Notes under the pieces: generated by a model
Told to the model about the DNA's origin: nothing
Seen by the model: the letters and a program-made list of their open reading frames with translations, nothing else
The model's database searches: none
NCBI GenBank assembly: GCA_038063455.1
Contig: JBBTVB010000005.1
Coordinates: 3,482 to 67,481, forward strand
Direction of reading: 5' to 3'
Origin: Patescibacteria group bacterium
Lineage (GTDB): Bacteria; Patescibacteriota; Patescibacteriia; PEXW01
Length of the DNA: 64,000 bases
Shown: in pieces, positions 25,864 through 33,746 of the stretch
How positions within the stretch are numbered: position 1 is the stretch's first letter
Layout: every line of letters begins with the position of its first letter
Made by a program: the position numbers and the translations under genes

Positions 25864-27291
25864 CTATGTGCTCACAACGGTAAAGCTGCCCCGATACATG
25901 CCCATACCGCAGCTAAAAGGCACTGTCCCAGATGCAGTCGGGGTAAACTCAACAATGTTCGTACCGGCGGCAATGAGCGTAGAAACTCGGTACTTCGGCA
26001 CTTGAAAAGTGGATCGGCACCCGCCCGCAAAGCCATTCCCATCAATTTCCCATCGCACAGGCACACCCGCCCGCACCGTAAAGGTAAGTGGACTGTAGCC
26101 GGTATCGGTAAACTTTGTTCGGACGATTTGCCGGGTTCCATCGAACTCGACATTCGCGTCTTCGGAAGCGGTCATGGCAGGCACGCTGTCCCAGGGCCAG
26201 GTAAGCGGATGGCCGGTGATGGCCAGGCCATTATTGAAATTATAGATGCCCATAACAATAACGGCGGCGCCAGCCACACGAAAGAAAAGCTTGCCCCACT
26301 GGCCTTTGAGCGCATTCGAGGCCCAACCAAGTGCAAGTAACGCTGGGGCCGTGCCAATGGCAAAAGCAAGCATAGTGAGTGCGCCTGCAGTTACGTCGCC
26401 GGTAGTTAACACGTAGAGCTGCAAGGCTTGGGTAAAGCCACACGGCAAAAAAAATGTAAGCGCACCCAGAGTGAACGGAGTTGCATAGCTCACCTTTCCG
26501 CCCGCTCCGCTGCTCATGACCTTGCGGCTAATGAACTTGGGCATTCTCGGTAGCAGGCTTTTCAGCCAGTTGGGGGCAATTCGGAGCATGTCCAAACCCA
26601 TGACCAACATAAACAACGCAGCGAAGATAGTGACGAGGCCAATGGCCCAAGGGGGTAAGGCTAGCGCTTTCCCTAAACCAGCAATAAGCGCCCCAAATAC
26701 CGTGTACCCAACAATACGCCCGGCAACAAAAGTGCCGACCGGCAGAAAACGCTGTTTCCCTGGAAGCAAGCCATAGTGGTCGCTTACGCGCTCGACCGAA
26801 GAAAGCATGAGCCCGCCAGCCACGGCAATGCAGGAGCTACTGGCGGCCACGAGGCCAAGAAAGAGCACGCTGAAAAACCCACCCGAACCATCCACAGATT
26901 GGTTGAAATTGAGGAACCCCAGTTTGGACAAGATAAAACCAATAACTAAGACGACCATAAAAGCGCCGGCCATTTGCGCGAGGGTGGGGCGTTGCCGGTG
27001 GTCGGCGGCTTGCACATTCGGTTGTACTTTAAATGTCTGGCCCCCCACTGGTTCGACCATCCCCGCTACCACGCCATACCCGTGCGGCTTGATGGCGTCA
27101 CTAATCTGCTGTGGACTAGGCACCTGCTGTTGATCACAGAGTACCCGCATGCGATTGCGATCCGCATTGGCTTGCACTTTGTGGACGCCGGGGAGCTTCG
27201 TCACCGCCTGTTCGACGAGCAACTCACAGCTCCGACAGTGCATGCCAGTGGTTTGTACATCGAGAAGAATCTGCCCGTCGTGTGCTCGCAT
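25864..27291 (-). CDS. Fusion protein: HMA domain, polytopic DsbD/TauE-like membrane domain and cupredoxin-like domain
   Basis: N-terminal 'GMHCRSCELLVEQ', roughly 8 hydrophobic helices, and a C-terminal 'FSCGMGMYRGSFTVV'. Confidence 0.75.
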   Translation of the reverse strand: MRAHDGQILLDVQTTGMHCRSCELLVEQAVTKLPGVHKVQANADRNRMRVLCDQQQVPSPQQISDAIKPHGYGVVAGMVEPVGGQTFKVQPNVQAADHRQRPTLAQMAGAFMVVLVIGFILSKLGFLNFNQSVDGSGGFFSVLFLGLVAASSSCIAVAGGLMLSSVERVSDHYGLLPGKQRFLPVGTFVAGRIVGYTVFGALIAGLGKALALPPWAIGLVTIFAALFMLVMGLDMLRIAPNWLKSLLPRMPKFISRKVMSSGAGGKVSYATPFTLGALTFFLPCGFTQALQLYVLTTGDVTAGALTMLAFAIGTAPALLALGWASNALKGQWGKLFFRVAGAAVIVMGIYNFNNGLAITGHPLTWPWDSVPAMTASEDANVEFDGTRQIVRTKFTDTGYSPLTFTVRAGVPVRWEIDGNGFAGGCRSTFQVPKYRVSTLIAAGTNIVEFTPTASGTVPFSCGMGMYRGSFTVVST

Positions 27292-27292
27292 A

Positions 27293-28246
27293 TTAGTTAG
27301 CTAGACACGTTTGAGGTGTGGAAAATCTTCCGCAAGTGTTCACCTGCGATTGCAGCATGCGCTCATGTTCCTCGCGACAGATGGTGAGGTGCACTGCAGT
27401 GGATGGCGAAGGGTGCTCACCAAATACAGCGGCGATACTCTTCGGTGCAAAAACAATCGCCCCCGTGGCAATCACTAGAGCAACAAGCGTAAACTGTACC
27501 GCAAAGGCGCCTGACTGCTTGAAATGCGGATTCACTAAGCGTTCCACCCGGGCATCCAAGGGACTAAAACCTGCCGCGGCAACGGGCGGGGTAACAAGTT
27601 GCAGCAAGGCACTCCCGAGAACATTTTGGTCACGCACGTGTTCATCAGCCTCCACCTCGGATGCCGCAATGTAGGCATCGCGCAGCTGTCGACGGAGTTT
27701 TGCAAAGGGTACCCACAGCAATGCCAACGTAAGCCCTAAACGACGCAAAGGCTCGCGCATGCGTACATGGTGTGCTTCGTGCTCCAAGACGGCTTGCAAT
27801 TGCGCTGCGGTTAAGGTGCGAAGTGCTTGAGAAGAGACCACAACTTCGGGCCAGCGTAGACCAATAGTCATGGCGTACGCCCGTTGATCTGCGGCAATGG
27901 TCAAGCGACTACACTCCAGATCTGCATCTGCCGCAATGGAAAACACGCGTACTGGAACCGGCAGCCTTTGTAAACGCACGGTTCGAGCCATTCGCATTGC
28001 CCGGTAAGCATTGTAGCCCAACCAGGTAGTAAAGAGCGCCAGCAATACAATCCCGAGACTGGCGTACACAATTTGATCACGGGTAATGTCTGCCCAGGCC
28101 ACTTGGCAAGCATAACTCACGGCATGAATAGTATTCTGCAGCGTACTGATTGCATGGGGCCACAATCGAATAAAAAACACGATAAGAAAAAAAATACCCG
28201 CCAAGCTCCCAAGACTTAAGAAAGTGAAAACGCGGCTACTCTTCAT
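27293..28246 (-). CDS. BlaR1/MecR1-like M56 membrane metalloprotease (sensor half), lacking a penicillin-binding domain
   Basis: TM helices, the HExxH motif 'LEHEAHHV' and a Cys/His-containing C-terminal tail. It overlaps the blaI-like stop (ATGA). Confidence 0.8.
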   Translation of the reverse strand: MKSSRVFTFLSLGSLAGIFFLIVFFIRLWPHAISTLQNTIHAVSYACQVAWADITRDQIVYASLGIVLLALFTTWLGYNAYRAMRMARTVRLQRLPVPVRVFSIAADADLECSRLTIAADQRAYAMTIGLRWPEVVVSSQALRTLTAAQLQAVLEHEAHHVRMREPLRRLGLTLALLWVPFAKLRRQLRDAYIAASEVEADEHVRDQNVLGSALLQLVTPPVAAAGFSPLDARVERLVNPHFKQSGAFAVQFTLVALVIATGAIVFAPKSIAAVFGEHPSPSTAVHLTICREEHERMLQSQVNTCGRFSTPQTCLAN

Positions 28247-28617
28247 GAACGGTTGAGTTTACGGCGCAGTTTTTCCAGTCGTTTCGGGTCTACAGCATCG
28301 AGGGCGTCAACAAAATGTGCGAGGGCAACATCGCCATAGCCGCCCACAAGCTGGTCAACGCTCTTGCGAACCGCTTGCTGCACAAACTGTGCCTTGGGTA
28401 TGGCTGGGGTGTACTGGTACGCGTTGTCAACTAACTGGCGCTGCAACACGCCTTTATCAAAAAGCCGCTGCATCACGGTCATGACGGTGGTGTAGGCACA
28501 ATCACGTTTTAGGGTCTGCAGAACATCCCGCACCGTCACCGGGCTAGCTGCCCAAATAACCTCCATGATGGCAGTTTCTAAGGCTCCAAAACCAGGAAGG
28601 GTATTTTTGGTGGGCAT
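28243..28617 (-). CDS. BlaI/MecI/CopY-family winged-helix repressor
   Basis: 'LETAIMEVIWA...VTVRDV...YTTVMTVMQRLFDKGVL'. The ATG at 28617 is chosen because the operator-like palindrome lies just upstream. Confidence 0.85.
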   Translation of the reverse strand: MPTKNTLPGFGALETAIMEVIWAASPVTVRDVLQTLKRDCAYTTVMTVMQRLFDKGVLQRQLVDNAYQYTPAIPKAQFVQQAVRKSVDQLVGGYGDVALAHFVDALDAVDPKRLEKLRRKLNRS

Positions 28618-28622
28618 AGCTA

Positions 28623-28635
28623 CTACAAAGTGTAG
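28623..28635. promoter_or_regulatory. Candidate BlaI/CopY-type operator
   Basis: Perfect palindrome C-TACA-AAG-TGTA-G, 6 nt upstream of the repressor ATG. The TACA/TGTA half-sites are typical of this family. Confidence 0.45.
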
Positions 28636-28659
28636 CAGTGCTGCCAAAAGCGTCAAGCG

Positions 28660-30165
28660 CTAGCGGCGCGCAATGGTATACACGTGCAAGTGCTTGAGTG
28701 CACCCTCGGCTAATGTTAAGCGGCTTGTCGTCCGACCGTAACACGTGTACAGAATTTCTCCAGCTATCACTCGGTCGCCAATCCGCTTACGCAAGTGGAT
28801 ACCGCCCAGCTTGTCGTCGGGTGCACCCAAGCTGCGGGCCAATTCGTCCACGGCGCGGTTGTTGACTGCGGTCACGCGCCCGGCATGCCGCGCGATCACG
28901 CGTAAACGCTTGCCCCCAAGCGTGACATCTTCCGAATCGAGGTTGGGCTTGCCACCTTGGCTACGGATAATCCCTTGCATGCGCTGCCAGGCTTTACCCG
29001 AGAGCAGCTGGTCGCGCGCAATACTGGCGCCTATCCCCTTGCCCGCCATGCCAATGAGCTCGATGAGCATGCCGGCAAGCTTGACTGCTTTCTCTTCCAA
29101 ATCGCGCGGACGAAATTCCTTTTGTTGCAAAACACGTAGCACATCTCGCGCTTCCAGGGCGGGGCCAACGCCCTGACCAATTGGCTCGCGGGCCTGAATC
29201 ATGGCCACGCGAACGTTGATTTTGAAGCGTTTGCCAAGGTAGCGGAACTTCGCTGCCAGGCGGGTAGCTGTGGCAAGATCGGGAATTTTCATGTGCGGGC
29301 CATAGGGCATGTCAATAACCAAATGCGTTACGCCCATGGCCACCTTCTTCGCCATAATCGACACAATCATTTTGGAATACGGCTCCAGCGACAAGGGCCG
29401 CGAGACTTTAATAATGCGGTCATCGGCCGGGGCCAGCAGCAAGCCGCCACCCCACACCATGCAGGCGTTATTCTTTTTTACAATCTGCCGAATCTTGACC
29501 ATGGAGAAGGTTACCGGCGCCAGCACTTCCATAGTGTCTGAGGTGCCGGACGGGCTGGTAATAGCGCGCGAGGAAGTTTTAGGAATCGTCACACCCAAGC
29601 TGGCCAGGATGGGGACAACAATCATGGTTGTTCGGTTGCCGGCCACCCCACCCACCGAGTGCTTATCGGCCACCACCTTCTTGCCAAACCGAATCTGCTC
29701 GCCGGTTATAGCAATGGCTTTGGTTAAGTAGTACAGCTCGTCATTACTGTATTCCCGCACAAAACTGGACGCCACAAAATATGTGAGCTCGGTAGTGCCA
29801 AACTTGTTGCTGACAATATCCCGCACAATGGCCAGAATGTCTTTCTCGCCCAGGCGCTGGCCCAGCAGCTTCTTCTTGAGCGCTTCAATAGACTCGGGGC
29901 GGGCCAGGGGCTCCAGCATAATCGGCTCACCGGCGCCGATATGGTTGTCCCGCCAGACCTCGCGAAACAAGCCAATTTCACCCGGCCGCACGCGGCGGTG
30001 GGTGAGGTCGGCTTGGACCACGATTTTCTTCCCGTCACTTTGTAAGAGCAACCGGTCACCGGCGCGGATGCCAAAGTTGGTACCGTCTTCATTACGCAGC
30101 ACCACCACGTAGGGCTGGCCGCCAGTGCTCAAGTCAAATCGTTTTGCCCGCAAGACAAATGCCAT
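28660..30165 (-). CDS. deoA: AMP phosphorylase / thymidine phosphorylase family (archaeal-type, long N-terminus)
   Basis: 501 aa with 'DKHSVGGVAGN' and an N-terminal extension of about 80 aa ('RAKRFDLSTGG...VVLRNED'). Confidence 0.85.
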   Translation of the reverse strand: MAFVLRAKRFDLSTGGQPYVVVLRNEDGTNFGIRAGDRLLLQSDGKKIVVQADLTHRRVRPGEIGLFREVWRDNHIGAGEPIMLEPLARPESIEALKKKLLGQRLGEKDILAIVRDIVSNKFGTTELTYFVASSFVREYSNDELYYLTKAIAITGEQIRFGKKVVADKHSVGGVAGNRTTMIVVPILASLGVTIPKTSSRAITSPSGTSDTMEVLAPVTFSMVKIRQIVKKNNACMVWGGGLLLAPADDRIIKVSRPLSLEPYSKMIVSIMAKKVAMGVTHLVIDMPYGPHMKIPDLATATRLAAKFRYLGKRFKINVRVAMIQAREPIGQGVGPALEARDVLRVLQQKEFRPRDLEEKAVKLAGMLIELIGMAGKGIGASIARDQLLSGKAWQRMQGIIRSQGGKPNLDSEDVTLGGKRLRVIARHAGRVTAVNNRAVDELARSLGAPDDKLGGIHLRKRIGDRVIAGEILYTCYGRTTSRLTLAEGALKHLHVYTIARR

Positions 30166-30188
30166 GTGCCAAGTATAGCAAACGAAAA

Positions 30189-30210
30189 GTACCCCACTGC
30201 GGTGGGGTAC
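30189..30210 (-). terminator. Intrinsic terminator after the micro-ORF
   Basis: GTACCCCAC-cgca-GTGGGGTAC followed by TTTTCGTTT on the minus strand. Confidence 0.65.
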
Positions 30211-30231
30211 TTGAATATGCAGAAAGAAAGA

Positions 30232-30309
30232 CTAGCCTTCACAGGTGCACCCTTCTGCGGTGCAGTGCGTGCCGGCTTCGTGCTCGTGGCCACAGGTTGC
30301 GCATGCCAT
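30232..30309 (-). CDS. Cys/His-rich micro-protein, 25 aa (MACATCGHEHEAGTHCTAEGCTCEG)
   Basis: Absent from the ORF track because it is under 60 aa. It has a strong SD (AAAGGAGGTGGAG, 8 nt before the ATG) and is the last gene of the sod-cupredoxin operon, ahead of its terminator. Confidence 0.5.
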   Translation of the reverse strand: MACATCGHEHEAGTHCTAEGCTCEG

Positions 30310-30341
30310 AGTCTCCACCTCCTTTCAGTCAGTCGCGCTGG

Positions 30342-30839
30342 TTACTGGACAATAACTGTCCCGCGCGTCGTTGGGCTAAAGTGGTTGTGGTAGCCCCAGG
30401 TGCCAACCTGGGTAAAGGTAAAGCTGTAGGTTTCGCCGTTGCTAAGGTTAGAGGATTCCAGGCCCGGCAAGTCTGTATGCGTTGGGTGGGGGTCAGAAGC
30501 GACGCGGACGGTGTCACCAGAGCGGTTGGTCCATATCACGGTGGTTCCGGCCTTGACCGTGATAGTTGCCGGTGAGTACCCAGCCGCGGTGACACTGACT
30601 GCTGTCTCTGTCGGTACCGCTGCGGTATTGGCGTTTGTGGTGTTCGTGCTGGTACTCGCGTTTGCGTTTGTCACGGCATGCACATTTGCATTGGCAACGT
30701 TGGTATTCACAGCGCTGGTGTTGATTGCGGCGGTATTCGTAAGGTTAATGGTTACCGTGTTCGTGTTGGTGGCTTTGGTACAGGCGGCCAGGGTGAACGG
30801 CAGCAGGGCCAGCAACCCGAGTAAAAAGTATTTCTTCAT
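30342..30839 (-). CDS. Cupredoxin-like lipoprotein with an Asn/Thr-rich linker
   Basis: Lipobox 'LPFTLAAC', a linker rich in N-x-T/S, and a C-terminal 'VIWTNRSGDTVRVASDPHPTH...GYHNH'. Confidence 0.75.
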   Translation of the reverse strand: MKKYFLLGLLALLPFTLAACTKATNTNTVTINLTNTAAINTSAVNTNVANANVHAVTNANASTSTNTTNANTAAVPTETAVSVTAAGYSPATITVKAGTTVIWTNRSGDTVRVASDPHPTHTDLPGLESSNLSNGETYSFTFTQVGTWGYHNHFSPTTRGTVIVQ

Positions 30840-30855
30840 ACGGCGGGATGCAAAG

Positions 30856-31449
30856 CTACGAAGCGCTGGCGCGGACGTACCGACTATCAACATCCTGCCA
30901 GTTGATGTTTTGCAAGAAGTTTTTGATGTACGTTGGGCGGTCTGAACCGACGTCGATAAAGTACGCATGCTCGTACACGTCCAAGCAGAGCAACGGGGTG
31001 CAGCCCCACACGCCACCCTGGTTCTGTGCGTCGGCGGCGTAGAGGTGTAGCTTGCTGTCCGAAGGGTCAAAAGCCAAAATCGCCCAACCACGTGCGGCCA
31101 TGGCCGTGGCGGTCAGGGCTGCCACAAAGGCCTCCCAGCTGCCCCAGGTGGCCACAATGGCCTCGTGCACTTTGGTGCCGGCCGGGTCGCCGTTCCCGCC
31201 CAAGTTGCTAAAGTGCACTTGGTGCAAGACCATGCCGTTGGCGGCAAACGTCTCGCCTTCTTTTAGGCCGCGGTAAGCAGAGTAGACCTGGTTTGCCTTG
31301 GTGGCATCGGCCTGGGTAATAGCTTCTTCGACTTCGTTGCGCTTGGCCACGTAGCCAGCGTAGAGCTTGTCGTGGTGGATCTCGACGGTCTTTTTGGAAA
31401 TACCAACGAGCTCTGAGCTAAAGGGCAGAGGTTGAACGACGTGCGGCAT
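30856..31449 (-). CDS. sodA: Fe/Mn superoxide dismutase
   Basis: 'EIHHDKLYAGY' and 'DVYEHAYF' metal-ligand motifs. Confidence 0.95.
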   Translation of the reverse strand: MPHVVQPLPFSSELVGISKKTVEIHHDKLYAGYVAKRNEVEEAITQADATKANQVYSAYRGLKEGETFAANGMVLHQVHFSNLGGNGDPAGTKVHEAIVATWGSWEAFVAALTATAMAARGWAILAFDPSDSKLHLYAADAQNQGGVWGCTPLLCLDVYEHAYFIDVGSDRPTYIKNFLQNINWQDVDSRYVRASAS

Positions 31450-31475
31450 ACAGATGGAAGGTTAGCAGCGAGAAC

Positions 31476-31694
31476 TTAGGGTACCAGTTGCTGGCCAGCC
31501 AGGTCGGTAATGATGATTGCTTGCGTCGGGCAGGCCCGGGCCGCGTCCAGGATGACTTCGTCGGGGTCGCCGGTGGCATTGATGATTATGGCCTTGCCTT
31601 CATCATCCAAGGCAAACACCTCTGGGGCCACCGCTACGCAGCTTCCAGCCGATATACATTTCTCCCGGTCGACTTCGATACTCTTGAACGGCAT
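31476..31694 (-). CDS. Small ferredoxin (single Fe-S cluster type)
   Basis: 'CISAGSCVAVAP' and 'ARACPTQAI'. Starts at ATG 31694. Confidence 0.8.
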   Translation of the reverse strand: MPFKSIEVDREKCISAGSCVAVAPEVFALDDEGKAIIINATGDPDEVILDAARACPTQAIIITDLAGQQLVP

Positions 31695-31719
31695 AGCGTG
31701 TCGGTAGAATACCACCCGC

Positions 31720-32088
31720 CTACACGGTCGGCAACTCCGCAACCGCTTTTTGCGTGGCCACCAGCCCCAGGGTGGCGCATTTCAATCGCGCCGGGTTCAC
31801 CGTGGTTTCCAAATAGCCCTCAATATCACCAACACCCAGTGCAGCAATCTCCGCTTTAGCCTTCCCGACCAGGTGTTCAGAAAGCGCCGACATGCTGGCT
31901 TGGCTTACCGCACAACCTTCGCCTGTCCATTGCACTTCACCGACTTTCCCCGCTGCATCATATTTTAGAAAAACTTCAATAACGTCCCCGCACAGCGGGT
32001 TGGGCTCCCGGTGCGTCGCATCGGCAGGATTAAGTACGCCGACATTACGGGGGTGGTGGTAGTGGTCGAGGAGGGTGGAGTCGTACAT
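31720..32088 (-). CDS. sufU: SufU/IscU-like Fe-S scaffold
   Basis: 'NPLCGD', 'GCAVSQAS' and 'RLKCATL'. Confidence 0.85.
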   Translation of the reverse strand: MYDSTLLDHYHHPRNVGVLNPADATHREPNPLCGDVIEVFLKYDAAGKVGEVQWTGEGCAVSQASMSALSEHLVGKAKAEIAALGVGDIEGYLETTVNPARLKCATLGLVATQKAVAELPTV

Positions 32089-32154
32089 GAAATTTTATAT
32101 ATGGTAGCGGCAGAGCTTGCTCTGCTGGGCTATGCAGGCGAGCAAGCTCGCCCC

Positions 32155-32442
32155 CTACATCTTGTAAATTATCGTAAATCGATTTCTATAGTTCAGACCC
32201 TGAATAGTAATTCCAGTTAGCAATCCATAGACAAAAACATTTTGGAAATGCATGAGTAGGAGTAGGCCGAGAGCGGCGCTTCCCCACATCCAATGATGAA
32301 TGTGAACGTAGTAACCGTGGATACGAAAAATCCAAGATCGCACACGCCCTTCTACCCCAGCTCGAGGGCCAGCAAAAAACTTGGCGGCACCGTAGCCGAC
32401 GATACTGCTCAAAAAGAAAAAAATAACGGTCGTTATGTTCAT
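32155..32442 (-). CDS. Small membrane protein (95 aa), His-rich loop
   Basis: Three hydrophobic helices and 'HGYYVHIHHWMW'. The start overlaps the sufS stop (ATGA). Confidence 0.6.
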   Translation of the reverse strand: MNITTVIFFFLSSIVGYGAAKFFAGPRAGVEGRVRSWIFRIHGYYVHIHHWMWGSAALGLLLLMHFQNVFVYGLLTGITIQGLNYRNRFTIIYKM

Positions 32443-33671
32443 ATTCCAAATACCTTCTTCGCATCTTCAATCGCATTCAGGAAAATATCCGCCTCGGCTT
32501 GGGTGTTATACAGGTAAAACGATGCTCGTGCAGCTGCTGGTTTCCCTAAACACGCCAACATGGGCTGGGCGCACATGTGGCCAGCCCGAATAGCAATCCC
32601 CTGCTCGTCAAAAATACTGGCAATATCATGCGGATGCATACCATCAACCCAGAAAGAGAATATCGCCCCTCGGTTCGGCGAAGGTTGCGGGATGCCAAAC
32701 ATGCGCACACCGGGAATAGCCGTGAGCTTTGGCAGAACGTACGTGGCAATGTCCTGCTCGTGCTGCCGCACATTTTCCATACCGAGCTTGGTCAGATACT
32801 CTACAGCCGCGCCCAGCCCAATAGCACCCACAACATTGGGCGTGCCGGCTTCAAACTTCCACGGCAAATCGTTCCAGGTGGACCGCTCTTTGGTTACTTC
32901 CAAAATCATATCGCCGCCCCCGAGCGCCGGTTCGGTTGCTTTGAGAATGTCTTTCCGCGCCCACAGCACCCCAATGCCGGTTGGCCCGAGCAGCTTGTGG
33001 CCGGAGAACGCATAAAAATCTACACCGAGTGCCTGCACGTCTACTGGCAAATGCGGGGCTGCTTGGCAGCCGTCCACCAAAACTTTTGCGCCAACGGCGT
33101 GGGCTTTTTCTGCAATAGCTTGTACCGGGTTAACTGTGCCGAGCAGATTGGACATGTGGCCCACGCACACCAGCTTCGTTTTTGGGGTGAGAAGCACATC
33201 GAGTTGATCAACATCAAGCATACCTTCGGACGGTTTGGCTGGTAGAAACTTCAGGACAATACCCCGCTCTTTGGCCAACAGCTGCCACGGCACGATGTTG
33301 GAGTGATGCTCCATTTCCGTGGTCAGCACCTCGTCGCCGACTTTAAGATTCTGGCGTGCCCAACTTAGCGCCACCAGGTTGATTGCCTCGGTGGCATTGC
33401 GTGTAAAAATAATTTCCTGCGGGCTGGCCGCGTTAATAAAGGTAGCGACTTTCTGACGCGCACCTTCATACAGTGCCGTGGCTTCTTCACTCAAGGCATA
33501 GATGCCACGGTGCACGTTGGCATTGTGGTTACGCTGGAAGTCGTCCATGGCCCGCAACACTGCTTCCGGTTTCTGGCTGGTAGCGGCGTTGTCCAGGTAC
33601 ACCAACGGCTTGCCGTGTACGTGGCGGCCGAAAATGGGGAAATCTTTACGAATTATGTGGGGGTCGAACAT
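32439..33671 (-). CDS. sufS: Cysteine desulfurase, SufS type
   Basis: PLP lysine 'FSGHKLLGPTG' and catalytic 'RAGHMCAQP'. Starts at ATG 33671. Confidence 0.93.
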   Translation of the reverse strand: MFDPHIIRKDFPIFGRHVHGKPLVYLDNAATSQKPEAVLRAMDDFQRNHNANVHRGIYALSEEATALYEGARQKVATFINAASPQEIIFTRNATEAINLVALSWARQNLKVGDEVLTTEMEHHSNIVPWQLLAKERGIVLKFLPAKPSEGMLDVDQLDVLLTPKTKLVCVGHMSNLLGTVNPVQAIAEKAHAVGAKVLVDGCQAAPHLPVDVQALGVDFYAFSGHKLLGPTGIGVLWARKDILKATEPALGGGDMILEVTKERSTWNDLPWKFEAGTPNVVGAIGLGAAVEYLTKLGMENVRQHEQDIATYVLPKLTAIPGVRMFGIPQPSPNRGAIFSFWVDGMHPHDIASIFDEQGIAIRAGHMCAQPMLACLGKPAAARASFYLYNTQAEADIFLNAIEDAKKVFGI

Positions 33672-33678
33672 TGTGTCC

Positions 33679-33707
33679 AGCCTACAATGCCGGGCGCGGC
33701 AGGGCAA
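33679..33707 (-). promoter_or_regulatory. Promoter giving a probably leaderless sufS mRNA
   Basis: On the reverse complement: TTGCCC, a 17-nt spacer, TAGGCT, then 7 nt to the ATG. Confidence 0.45.
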
Positions 33708-33740
33708 ATAGAAAAGCGGCTGCACTGGGTGCGGCCGCTT
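33705..33740 (-). terminator. Terminator of the inserted cassette
   Basis: AAGCGGC-N13-GCCGCTT followed by TTCTATTTG on the minus strand. Confidence 0.6.
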
Positions 33741-33746
33741 ATACAG

